Origin: Oikopleura dioica
Taxonomy: Eukaryota; Animalia; Chordata
Direction: 5' to 3'
NCBI GenBank assembly: GCA_907165135.1
Contig: OU015566.1
Location: 13,392,001-13,456,000, forward strand
Length of the DNA stretch: 64,000 bases
Shown: positions 1 through 10,689 of the stretch, piece by piece
Numbering within the stretch: position 1 is the stretch's first letter
Layout of the letters: each line of letters begins with the position of its first letter
The notes under the pieces: model-generated
Seen by the model: only the letters and a program-made list of their open reading frames with translations
What the model was told of the DNA's origin: nothing
The model's database searches: none
Translations under genes and position numbers: made by a program

Positions 1-220
1 GCTAACCCTTTACCTCCCCTTGATACAGAACAGTGCGACAATAAGTAAAGTACAGGTAGAATGTCCCTTTCGGGCTCGAAGGAACATCGGTAGAATTGGG
101 ACAGTCGGCGGCAGATTTTTGAAGAGGGTTTTGTACGGTGATGAAGCAGCAAACATCTTGATCCTAAGCAGTAGACAACTTCCAATCCCCAAAAAGCATC
201 AGAAAGCCCAATTGCCAACA

Positions 221-2248
221 CTAGCCTTCGTACTTTTTCTTCGTAGGGTCCAGCGAGAGACGAGATGGACGGAGAATATTCCGCTTGGGGCTAGGAGAAG
301 ACGGGTTGGAAGTAGACCTTTGGGGTTGTGACGAAGCCAGGATCAGGAGCGAAGATGGGATCAGAGATGTTGACTCCGTCGCCGAGCCAGATTTTGGAGC
401 TTCGAATAGAGGCTTTGGCGGAGCGATCGGAGAGAGAGAAGATGGAATCTTTTCGGGCGGTTTGGGCTTGCGTGACCGAGATTGTGACTCGATACCCTTA
501 CCTCCCCTAGTCACATGATCGTTCTGCTTTATTTTCGACTTGAAGTTTTTGATCAAGTGTGGCCATTCGGTCAAGTCCAGATTTTGATCATAGTCATCAA
601 GGAAAGGAACTATTTCCTCGATCGCGGCGACATGGGAACGGTGAATGAGGTCGACGGTGCTGTTTGCATCTTCGACGAGGCAGACCTGCTGGTTGGTGGA
701 TCTGAGGGTGGAGGGGCCACTCCATTTTGCATTGGAGTTTTTGGCGTCTCCGGCGAGTGGGCGTAGCTTGACAACTTGGGGTTTTAGTTTCGAAGCTTCG
801 GTGAACTCGAACTTGACGTTTCCAAGTAAATTGTTTATCGAGTAGGAAGAGATATTGCTGTTGCGCAAATAATCTCGTCCTAAGAGTGCTGGGCGGCATT
901 GTCCATCCATCACAGTTGCGGCGAGCTCAAACTGAGGGCCTTTGTCGAATCTAACCTTGCAGTAGAGGGTTCCCCTTGGAGTTTCAGCTACTCCGCTAAT
1001 ACCGGCTACATCGTGGTTTGGAGCGCTCAAATTGCGTAGCACGTTTTGGGGGATAACATGCGAAGGTAGAATTGTTGAATATGCGCCAGTATCGAATTCG
1101 ATGTTGCAGTCGAACGAATCTTGTCCTGACTCAAATGTGGCGCGTAGAAAATATCCAGGGCGGGATTCGACCTTTTCGGTCAGGTGCACTGGAATTGCAG
1201 AGAAGAGGGCATGGACATCGGCGAAATTATCGGGTTCCACGTTGTAGTGGCTTTTACGCTGCATTTGATCGGGCTTTTCGGACTTCTCGTCCTTTTTCTG
1301 CGCAGAATTCTGGTCCCGATTGTGCCAAGAGCGTTTACCCTCGCCATGTTTTCCATAACCTTGCTTCTGTTTGTTGTTGGATCCGGGTTGAGTTTTGTTG
1401 ACGTTGATGACATCTGAAGAAACGCGGTTTCGGCGACTGGTCTCGGCTTTGAGTGCGAGGTCGTTAAGCGTGAAGGTTTTGTCGATGGAGCTCAGAAGAG
1501 CGTTGTAAGTGTCAGGCTCCTGGTCGCGGAGGGCTCTGACAGCGAACATTGTTGCCCATGCTTCGTGGATATCTTCCACATTTGGCTCAGCATCGTTGTT
1601 AGCAGTTTTGAAGGTTTCGAGAAACGCGGCTTTTGCCTCAGCGAGTTTTGTTGCGAGCTCGGATGTGAAATGAGTCACGGGGCGCGATCGGTCGAAAACG
1701 ATGTCGCTGACATCGAGCATCAGTAGAAAATGCGAGATTTTTGGGCCATAGTGCTTCTTGAGAAGCCCAATGGCGGCGTCGACGTCGTCACAGGCGCGGA
1801 GATCGTTACCGATAAATCGGGCGACGTTCGGAGCTAGCTTGCTGGTAAGAGCGTTGAGGAATATTTTTTCGTCGCCGTCGCGGCGTAGATGACTGTCTTT
1901 GAATACCCTCATCGCTGTTATAAAATCCACAAACTGGCCGGGGCTATTTCCTTTGAAGGGCTGGATTGACGCGAAGCTTTTGTAGAACAAGTTGCAGATG
2001 TGCTGCTCGCGCTGGTCGTATTCCCTGTTGGAATTTTCGGCCGGTGGATTGGCGTATTTGCGTTTTCGGACCAGGTCCTTGTAGTGCAAGAATAGCTCGC
2101 GTTCTTTTTGGAGCTGTTCTTCCTTCATCGTCTGTAGTGCTTTATCAGTCGGAGCGGATTTGAGCTTCTTGTCGAGATCAGCGATGAAGTCGGCGATTTG
2201 TTCCAGGGCGCCGTCGCATCTTTCGACGGTTTCGGGGAGATTTGGCAT
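221..2248 (-). CDS. Gag-like / aspartic protease / integrase C-terminal-like polyprotein (675 aa)
   Basis: Intronless ORF inside the LTR element; helical Gag-like N-terminus; retropepsin motifs IEFDTGAYSTIL (DTG at 1085-1093) and ALLGRDYL; KWSGP...LIHRSHV resembles the GPY/F integrase CTD; no YxDD, RNase H or DDE core. Confidence 0.85.
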   Translation of the reverse strand: MPNLPETVERCDGALEQIADFIADLDKKLKSAPTDKALQTMKEEQLQKERELFLHYKDLVRKRKYANPPAENSNREYDQREQHICNLFYKSFASIQPFKGNSPGQFVDFITAMRVFKDSHLRRDGDEKIFLNALTSKLAPNVARFIGNDLRACDDVDAAIGLLKKHYGPKISHFLLMLDVSDIVFDRSRPVTHFTSELATKLAEAKAAFLETFKTANNDAEPNVEDIHEAWATMFAVRALRDQEPDTYNALLSSIDKTFTLNDLALKAETSRRNRVSSDVINVNKTQPGSNNKQKQGYGKHGEGKRSWHNRDQNSAQKKDEKSEKPDQMQRKSHYNVEPDNFADVHALFSAIPVHLTEKVESRPGYFLRATFESGQDSFDCNIEFDTGAYSTILPSHVIPQNVLRNLSAPNHDVAGISGVAETPRGTLYCKVRFDKGPQFELAATVMDGQCRPALLGRDYLRNSNISSYSINNLLGNVKFEFTEASKLKPQVVKLRPLAGDAKNSNAKWSGPSTLRSTNQQVCLVEDANSTVDLIHRSHVAAIEEIVPFLDDYDQNLDLTEWPHLIKNFKSKIKQNDHVTRGGKGIESQSRSRKPKPPEKIPSSLSPIAPPKPLFEAPKSGSATESTSLIPSSLLILASSQPQRSTSNPSSPSPKRNILRPSRLSLDPTKKKYEG

Positions 2249-2909
2249 CTCCGAGATGTACTAGAACGGGCGAATCACTGATTTCGAGGATTTCTACCTT
2301 GACCGACCCGTTTCTCAAAGACAAGAATTGTCTAGGAGAAATTTACGGGGTTTGAAGAGCAAATGAAGATTCAATAGCGGTCGTAGCAGTTGATTGATGT
2401 CGTAACTTGGCGGGAGATGTGCGATTTATAAGAGCTGCCAGGCTAAGAAGGGCCGATTTACTGCTTTCGAGCGAAATTACCTCGACCGGTCCGACTAACT
2501 AAGACTTTTGAGGGTCAAAGTTAGATAACGGACTTGGAGAGCGCGAAATGTCGTTGAAAATAGGCGTCAGCGGCGGCGCGAGATCGAAATCGCAGCGGTT
2601 GCACAAGTTGACGTGGCAAAACGGTTGGCGCGGCGGTACTTTTCCACACGCGACGAGTACCGGAAGTGAGAACACGAGTGCTAATCCAGGTTCGTAACGG
2701 CCTTGGGCGGAGAAAAACGCTGGACAGGGTAAAAGACGATCAAACGTTGGGTAGGGCGGGTGGTCTTTGACGAATCGTAGGGTACTCAGCTGATTTTGGA
2801 GAATTTGGAGGGATGAGATGGATGTGTCGAGCGGTAGACAAGGTGGAGGGTTGAAGGTGTAAGTTCTGGGGCCGCGGGAGTTCTCTATGTCGAATTTATG
2901 AGCGAAGTC

Positions 2910-2919
2910 TCTGACACCA
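2910..2919 (-). promoter_or_regulatory. Primer binding site (TGGTGTCAGA, tRNA-Leu-like)
   Basis: TGG complementary to tRNA CCA, 1 nt after the LTR; TGGTGTCAGA resembles tRNA-Leu 3' ends (recalled, not searched). Confidence 0.7.
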
Positions 2920-2920
2920 C

Positions 2921-3122
2921 TAAAGGGTCAATGCACTGCTGGAAACACTCTCCCACTGAGACTCTAGCTCCTGGGAATAAAAGACAACAATTCTAGTTTT
3001 TAGCTGCTGCTTCTACTTTATTCGAGAGACAACTGACCAGTCGAGACTGGCACTGCGCGCGCAACGTCCCACTGATCAGTATCAAAGTTCAACGGGTTCG
3101 CCCAGAATGCGCTAACCCTTTA
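2921..3122 (-). repeat. 5' LTR (202 bp) with terminal inverted repeats TAAAGGGT...ACCCTTTA
   Basis: 8-bp terminal IR; internal AATAAA on the minus strand; followed 1 nt later by the PBS; its first 12 nt recur at the window start next to the PPT. Confidence 0.85.
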
Positions 3123-3440
3123 ATTTTATTCATTTGGAACTTTCGAAGCTTGATTCAGTTTTTGAATACAGAAAATCTACTTTTTGAGTACAGAAAAGGT
3201 GGATTAGGCAGTTTTTGGTACAGAAAAGAAGAATTTAGTTTTTGATTGGCTTTTTTGCAAAATTGAGTAAATAGAGTCTTATTTATAAAATTTACAATTT
3301 TACAGTTTCTTTTTCGTTTTCAAAAGACTCGCTTTTGAATTCATATTTAGCGATTGATGGAGAAGCAGAAATTGGGTTTTGAAGGCACCGACATTTAGTT
3401 TATTTTTGAGCTTATTCTTGTAATTCTAGCGCATGGCAGT

Positions 3441-5314
3441 TCAGTGGCCGCCGGCGTTGGAAAGCGTCAAGTTGTAAGTGACTTGGTGGCCTCTGTCCCA
3501 GGCATAGAGCAGCCCGTCGACGGGCGAGTAGTCCACCATCGTGTTCCACTCGTACTTGTTGGTGAATGGAATGTCGATGAACTTGAACGCCTCTGAACAT
3601 TTTTATTTCAATCGACTCGGCTCAGAGGGGAAATGACCTGTGTGGGTGTTGTACATGAAATTTAGGCCGGTGTATTTTTCGTCGTATTTCTTCAAAACGT
3701 ACAAAACGCCGCAGACCATGAAGGCGTTTCCCGACCACTGTTTACGCCAGTTCGTCCTGAAGGTCTTCAACACGTCCAGAGTCTGAAAATTCGAGTTCAA
3801 GATAGAGCTTCTCATAAAAGTAGTCCTTGCCAAAACGAAGAATTGCTTATTGTAAAGTACCTTTGGGTCTAATTTAGAAACGACGATGTCGAGGGAGTTT
3901 TGAAGCGTCGCATAAATCACCCAAAGTCCAGTTTCATCCGCTGCGAAATCGATGTCCGTTGATCCAGCCCACTTTTTTTAGGTTTTCAACCTGCATTTTC
4001 TTTAAGTTTAATTTTTTTATCAAAAACCGTGGCTGATAAGGCGCCATATTTCCGAAGCCGGCTTCTGGGAGAGATCTTTCTGCAGCGACTTTTCGTGTTG
4101 CGAAATCGAACCTGAAAATGATGATGAAGAAGACTGTTTTTGATGTTGTCTCACCGAATAATTGATGAAGTGTTAAATTTATTGAAATAGACGGAGCCAT
4201 CGTAGATCTGGTGCCCAGTACCTGCCCAATTGTATGGAACTGAAAACTTAATATTTAAAAGCCCCCTTTTCAGCCCTGTTTCGAGCAATATGGGAATTGC
4301 ACTGACCTGTGTAGTTTGTAAGGGGCTGGTCTTTGATGAAATCTACCAGGCGGGCGTACTCAACCACGAGCGTGTTTCTGATTCAAGCTTCAAAAGAGCA
4401 AAACTGGAAGTAAGGGATTCGAAAGAAGAAATGAATCGAATTCTCGAGTTTTCCGAAGCGTTCCTGTAAAAATGCTCCATAATGTAAATCGAGCTGGATT
4501 CCTTTCTGAAGGCGTCTCTGCCCCAGAAGCCGAACATTCGTCCCGACTTCTTGTAAGTGACTGGTTCGCCAACTTCCGTGATTTTGCCGCATTTTCCGTC
4601 TAAGCTGGGGATTTCGTCGATTTGCTCGTCGTCCATTACCACGAAAGTTTCGTCGTCCATTACGCTAAAAAATGAAATCAAGAACAAATAAAATAGAAAT
4701 CTAACCTGTAAGCAGTGTGCCTCAATTTGTTCGCCGCTTCGACCAAAACCGACTGCTTCAATTTGTAGCTCGAAAGTTCGACGACAATCGCTCTCGGAGC
4801 AGCTCGGTCTTCGCTTTTGCTTCCCACACGATTTGCTCTTTCGATATCGGATGCTTCGATTTGGTAGCCCAAGTATTCCAGCAATTCGACGATTTTTCCG
4901 GCTGTGTCTTCGTTTTCTTCCTCGGGGATTCCTGAATTTGACAATTAACACTCTTAAAATTTCCGAAATCTAATGATTCCGCCTTCCAATTGACAAAAAC
5001 TGACCTTTTAGTCGAATAAACCGCGATCTCGAGTCTTCTTTCAGCTCCCGAATGTAGCCAGTATTTGTTTTCAAATCAGCCCGCAACTTTTCGTTGCTAT
5101 TCTTTATTTCCGCAAAAGTAGACTCGATTTCTCTCGATCCCCTTTCAAGCTGAAAAAGACTCGCTCGGACACGAGTGAGGGCTTCGATCGACGTTTTCTG
5201 ACGATCGGAAAAGACCAAACTCGCCGTCGAAAACAGCAGCGGCCAAATGACGACTCCAAGGACCATCAACAAAGAGGCCGATTTCGCGGACGATTTATCT
5301 AACCCATCTTTCAT
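3441..5314 (-). CDS. Olfactomedin-domain protein with N-terminal signal/anchor, coiled coil and LINE ORF1p-like RRM (8 exons)
   Basis: Spliced OLF motifs: CGKITEVGEPVT..SGRMFGFWGRD, VPYNWAGTGHQIYDGSVYFNK, WAGSTDIDFAADETGLWVIYAT, NAFMVCGVLY, IDIPFTNKY..MVDYSPVDGLLYAWDRGHQVTY. Upstream exons join in frame through GT-AG introns 4932-5004 and 4665-4705. Confidence 0.9.
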
Positions 5315-5408
5315 TTTCTAAAGGTTCAGCTAGAAAAGATCGGCTGCTTTAGGGGTTATCCGTAAAATAAGAATTTTCAGTGACAGAAAAAGCAGCAAGT
5401 CGTTATTT

Positions 5409-6050
5409 TTACTGGACAGAAGTAGAGCGCTTGAATTGCCGTGGGTCGCCGCTTTCCCAGTTGATATTCGGATCCGACAAGTCGTTGTTGGCGTTGAACT
5501 GGAGGCAGAACTCGTTCACGCGCTGGATCGAGCCGTTTTTGCTGGAAAGAGTTCAACGAGGTAGCGAGAAAAAGAACCGACCTGATGTACAAAGTGAGAA
5601 CGTCTTTGAAGAGCTTGGTGTATGCCCGCTGGATTCGGAGAATGTCGCCTTCGCGCACCAGCCCGCCCAACTCGCCCCACATTGATAGGTTAACCTGATT
5701 CAACGGGTTTATTGGGAGACAATGAAAAGAAGAACTTACTCTGCCAGTTTTGTCGGCGATGATGATGTTTCTGACTTCGTTTCCGTCCGTTGTTCGGATC
5801 GCATTCGTCACGCTGGAATCATTTCTATTGATGACGACTCAATTTTTGCTTACCCGAGACAGATGACGGTCAAATTGGCAGTTTTGGTGGTCAGTTTTAA
5901 GTCTTTGATCCAATTCACGACTTCTGGAACCGATGGTTCTGGTCTTCCTTGCGCGTTTTGTGGGTTGAAACGAACCCCAGAAGTGCTTCTGTGATTGCCG
6001 TTGTGATTGTGGTTGTGGTTTCGATTTCGCGGGTCTTGGGGAACGCTCAT
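5409..6050 (-). CDS. NABP: SOSS complex subunit B / hSSB-like OB-fold ssDNA-binding protein
   Basis: IKDLK...NLTVICL, TTDGNEVRNIIIADKTG, VNLSMWGELGGLVREGDILRIQRAYTKLFKDVLTLY, IQRVNEFCLQF match NABP1/2. Confidence 0.85.
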
Positions 6051-6143
6051 TTTAGCGCCTTTTCGTTTTCTGAAATCAACAAGGAGTCAATTTTAATTCG
6101 CAGTGAGTCAATTTCCTTGTCCAGGCAGCAAAAAATGAGAAAA

Positions 6144-7485
6144 TCAGATGTTGAGCGGCTTGTTGTAAAGCAGAACTTGGCGCTGCTTGAAGCCTTTTGC
6201 ACTCAAAGCGGAAGTGAGGTTGATCGGATCCGAGAACCCGATCGAAGTCAAAAAGGATGTGAACTCGCAGGGCTTGAACTTAATGTTTTTGTAGTTTTCC
6301 TCGATTTCGGAAGTCAGCTTCTTCCGACGCGCATAGCTTTTCCAAGGCTGAAAAGAATTTAATTTATAATTTATTACAAAAAGCGGGAATACCTGTGGCT
6401 CGAGAAGAAAGCGGCCTCCTGGCCTTAGCTGCCGAAATATTCTTCTGAAGAATCTCTTGATTCCGTTGTCGCCATTGTTCAAATGAACCCATTTGGAAAC
6501 ACTGAAAGCAATGATTGTGTCGTACTCTGGCTCCTGCCGCTCCAAATATTCGTCGCAGCTGAAGACGTAGTTCCCTAAATAAAAATCAAAAAGGAACGAA
6601 TGATTTTAGTACCGTTGATGAAATGGACGTTTTCGGGAAAGTCCTTTCCTTTCGAGTTGGAGAGGCCGGTGTTTACGAAAGGAGCTCGTAAAGGACCGTA
6701 TAATTTTGAAAAACTGGCCGGGAATTTCTTTTCTTCCGCGCAATAATGCCTAAAAATAGAAATGAATAATAAAGAAAATGCTTTCTTTTTACCGAATATT
6801 TTTCTGTGCCATTTCGATGAGCTTTTCGTCGATGTCGATTCCCACTATTTTCCGAGGCTTCAGATCCCTTAAATCAATTTTTATGCCCGATTCTAGCGCC
6901 TGAAAATGAACCTGGCGATAAGAAGCGTCAAATGACCCGAGTTGCAGCCAATGTCGAGAACGTCGAGTCCCTCCATCCATTCTTTCTTCATCAGATCGAT
7001 CCGATAGTCTGAGAATTTGTCGCTATTTCTGTAACTGAAAAACACTTTCACGAGCCTGTTAGGAGATAAAATTTGTGTACCCGTAGTACTGGATGTAGTT
7101 TCCGTGGGGAAAGGTTTGTTTCTCGCCTCTTTCACCGTTTTTCTTGCTAGACTTTTGATTCTGTTTCAGCTAGAAAGCAATTAACAAAGGCGAGTAAAAA
7201 GTAGATCACCTGTGAGCCAGATTTAGACCCTTTTCTCTGCTTCTTGGGCGCTTTTTTGCTTTCTTCATCATCGAGGCCAAGAGGATCTTTCAGATTTTCG
7301 GGTATTTTCAAATCGGTTGCTTCTGAAATCGGAAGACTGAATTCATTCTCTTCCACATCGTTGATTATTGCATCCTGACTCAAAGAATCAAGCCCTAGCG
7401 GATCGTCGACTGATCCGATCGGAAATTCTTTGTTCTCCGAATTCGAGACCTTCCTTTTTCTCGGTCGCGATTTTATCTGGCTCAT
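6144..7485 (-). CDS. MEPCE: 7SK snRNA methylphosphate capping enzyme (Bin3 family)
   Basis: VLDIGCNSGHLTLLIAR (SAM motif I), IVGIDIDEKLIEMA, YDTIIAFSVSKWVHLNNGDNGIKRFF..LRPGGRFLLEPQ, DPLGL motifs. Confidence 0.9.
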
Positions 7486-7559
7486 TTTTCTGAAGAAGAT
7501 ATAAATTAATTCTTGAATTGAACGTAAAGGGCAGTTTTTGAAGCAGAGCAGGATTTGAA

Positions 7560-10066
7560 TCATTCTTCCATATTGTTTTGGTAGTAGTGGCCGGCGATCT
7601 CGGTCAACCATTCTTGCTGAATTACTGAAACTTCGCGCATGTATTTTCCTTGCGTCACTTCTGTGTACAAAACGCATTTCGGGGGCTTTTTCATGTCTGC
7701 CAGCGCGGAATCGGGGTGCAGCTTTTTGAGGGTTTTCAAATTTGAAGATCATGGGTACAGAACTCGGCAACTTTTATGGAGCTAAAAATCAAACCCGCTC
7801 CTGAAGAACGACAGCGTCTCTGACAGTCTCATAAAGCCCATCTCCCCTCAGAATCGCCGCATTCGGAAACAAACCGGCCGTTATCGCCTTCAAAACAGGA
7901 AAAACATTTTCCCTAGCTGAGGTTTCTTCGATTTTCCATCTTTTAAGAAACTTAGAAAGCTGCGTTCGAATTTGACCGACGCGGACGAGAGCTCTTTTCT
8001 TCGGTTTTCAAAGATCTGCTTTTGCAGTCAGTCATTTTCTCGAAAATCGATGCCTGTGATTCAAAAAGCGCTTGTTAGTAAATTTTCTGTCTCTTTCGCA
8101 CTCTTCGAAAGTCTCGAACGCATTCAGCATCGAAATGTGATCTCCCTCTTCGACTTGGAATCTTCTGTGCTCCCTCGAAGCTTCCTGTCTTCTCCCCGGC
8201 GGAATCTGGAAGATCGTTCTCACGCTCAGCAGAGCCACCATCGTCAGAATCTCGCGCACGCACTCGTACTCGATCGAGGCCAAAAGCATTTTCGCGAAAA
8301 AGGGATGAAGCGGCAGTTCCGCGATTCGCTCACCGATCTTTTCTGTCAACTCGCATTCTTCGTCCAAAGCTCCTTGAAATTCCGAAAGTTAGATTCAGCA
8401 GAGGCTTGGCTCAGCAGCCTGTGTAAAAACCTGACTCATAGTCTGAATGATTACTTCATGAAAGACCTTTCAGTCTCTAATTCAGGTTTTTTTGCACAGC
8501 AGGCGATTTTTACCTAAAGCGAAGAGCAGTTCCAGCGACCTGGAAAGCGCCTGAGCTGGCGGCGGCGAGGGAAAGTCGAATCTGACGACGTTGCTGATTC
8601 CCAACTGCTTCAATCGCAAAATCGTGCTCGTCAATTCCGATCGCCGCATTTCTGGAACAGTTGCTTCCATCAACTTGTCGTAGTCTTGCTGAGTGTAAAG
8701 TCGGTAGCAAGAGCCAGAGCGGACTCGACCGGCTCGACCGGCGCGTTGATTTGCGGCTGCTTGAGAAACTGGAACTGTCGTAGTTGAATCGAGCCCGTTT
8801 TTTGGGTTGTAAGCGGAAATCTTAACGAAGCCTGCGTCGATCACGTGCACGATGCCAGGAAGAGTTAACGAGGTTTCGGCGATGTTCGTAGAAACTTTTT
8901 GAAATGTCAACAACTGTTGACCACTTGAAAAATAGGGTTGAAAAAGCCAGATACTTGAGCAGTTGTTGACTCTTTCCTATAACTTTTCTGGTGTTCCTCG
9001 GCAGACTTTCAAAAACCCTCATTTGGTCTATGACCGGCAGCGATCCATAAAGCGGCAATGCCTTCATCTTCATCAGCGGAACACCAATTCCCTGCGCTTT
9101 CAAAATCACCTTTCCGACTTCGTCTCTCAAGTTGTCGCAAAGACTATCGCAGTCCTCCGCCGAAGTCACGAAAACTAAAATGTCGCCAGGCTTGTTGTCG
9201 CGGTGGATCTTCAAAACTGTTTCGAGCGATTCTTTCATGTAGTCGGGACAGGGTTTTTCCAAGTAGAATATGTCCACTGGATAAGTTCGGCCTTCCAGAT
9301 GGATAATTGTCGAGGTGTCTTGTTCTGCATTGCCGGTCAGATTGTGATTGAAGAAATCTCTGAAGAACTCTGCATCAAGCGTCGCCGAAGCAACAATAAT
9401 CCTCAAATCCGGCCTCACTTTCTGAATCTTCTTCAAAAGTCCGAGACACATGTCTGTCTGCAGGCTTCTCTCATGCGCCTCGTCGATCATGATCACCGAG
9501 TAGCGCCGCAAAAGAGGATCGGAGGTCATTTCTTGGAGCAAGACGCCGTCGGTGACGAATTTCACACGCGTCTGTTCTTCGTCTTGCTTCGAATCGAAGC
9601 GGACTGCGTAGCCGATGCTGGTTCCGATCATGGCTCCTTTCTCATCGGCGACGCGGGTTGCCAGGGTTACAGCAGCGACTCGACGAGGTTGAGTGACGCA
9701 GACTTGGTAGCCGCGGCTAGTCCAGCCTGCTTCGTGGAGATACTAGAAGTTGGATTTAGGAGAGAGTGATTTGAAAAGGATGGAAGCCGATTGCCGCCTT
9801 GGCTCGACAATTTGATAGGAGAATGCTCAAACCTGTGGAATCTGGGTTGACTTTCCGCATCCAGTTTCTCCAACCAAAACGAGCGTTTGAAAGTTCTCGA
9901 CGGCCCAAAGGATGTGATTTCTCCACTGAAAAATGGGCAGCCTCTGTCTCTGCTGCGTTAGCGACAAGTTGCTGTTCGGATTGAAAGAGGTGATTTTCTC
10001 GCCCGATCCGGCGTCAAGCAACACTGCTTCTTCGGGCGCCGACGCTCCCGGTCGCCAAACTTTCAT
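7560..10066 (-). CDS. DHX35: DEAH-box RNA helicase DHX35
   Basis: N-terminal WRPG...FNPNSNLSLTQQRQRLPIF typical of DHX35; GETGCGKSTQIPQ, DEAH, SAT, QRAGRAGR, HA2 and OB-fold segments. Confidence 0.9.
8405..8505. mobile_element. Degenerate copy of the hAT-like MITE family in a DHX35 intron
   Basis: CTTGGCTCAGCAGCCTGTGTAAAAACCTGACTCA resembles the left TIR at 48288; inverted partner TCAGGTTTTTTTGCACAG. Confidence 0.55.
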
Positions 10067-10245
10067 TTTTCTGAAAACTTTGAGATAAGGGATTTGATAA
10101 TCTCTAGAATCGGGCAGAAGGGAGGAAATGTTGTTGGGAAAGAAGTCAGTTTGAATAAGAGTCAAAAAGAGAAAGGATTAAAGGTAAAAACTAGTTCTTT
10201 AGTTTCGGAATTGAATACGTTCTTTTTATAACTTTTATATTCGAG

Positions 10246-10689
10246 ATGAACGACTGGAACCGCCGGTACGAGCTCCCCACTCGCCCTCGGCGCCAGTACG
10301 ACTATGTCCAAAACGCGGAAGTGGACGAGCTGATGCGCCAGGAGCAAGAATTGCTGCAGAGCAACGAGCACGAATGTCTCTACAACGACTGGCGCAACAA
10401 GTCCAAAGACATGAACGAGCGCTTCGGCTACAAAGAGCTCGAGAACCTCGAATACGAGCAGCTCACTAGAATCAAGGTGAAATTAAAGAAAAACGGGAAA
10501 CGGTAAAACTGAAAATTCTAGCGCGCGGCGATGAAAAAACGAAAAAGCGCTTTGAAATCGCTCTTGGAGTCGGAAAACGCGAAATACACCGAGGAACTAG
10601 ACCAAATGCGATTGACAAAGCTGGTTTCGGAAGAATTCGTTCTCAAGACCGTCTTCCCGCCAAAACGAAACAACAAATTCTCTTTTTAA
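10246..10689 (+). CDS. Small helical protein, weakly CFAP141/C1orf189-like (2 exons)
   Basis: ORF 10246 spliced via a GT-AG intron to 10522; RKSALKSLLESENAKYTEELDQM resembles ciliary microtubule inner proteins; head-to-head with DHX35. Confidence 0.55.

Larger units (their letters stand above)
1..3122 (-). mobile_element. Ty3/gypsy-type (Tor-like) LTR retroelement, non-autonomous; 3' LTR cut by the window edge
   Basis: Bases 1-12 (GCTAACCCTTTA) are identical to 3111-3122. Minus-strand order: 5' LTR 3122-2921, PBS TGGTGTCAGA, Gag-protease ORF, polypurine tract AAGGGGAGG (21-13), start of second LTR. Confidence 0.88.

Noticed and set aside
2249-2909. Possible env or accessory ORF in the retroelement leader
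   Set aside because: No ORF of 60 aa or more in the track; treated as 5' untranslated/packaging region.
3158-3230. Three TTTTTG(A/G)(A/G)TACAGAAAA-like units beside the LTR, with a similar copy near 58313
   Set aside because: Too short and degenerate to assign; outside the LTR boundary.
9203-9769. Long ORFs antisense to or overlapping known genes (also 7972-8517, 23678-24127, 18150-18848)
   Set aside because: Shadow or alternative frames of conserved coding exons with no recognisable motifs.
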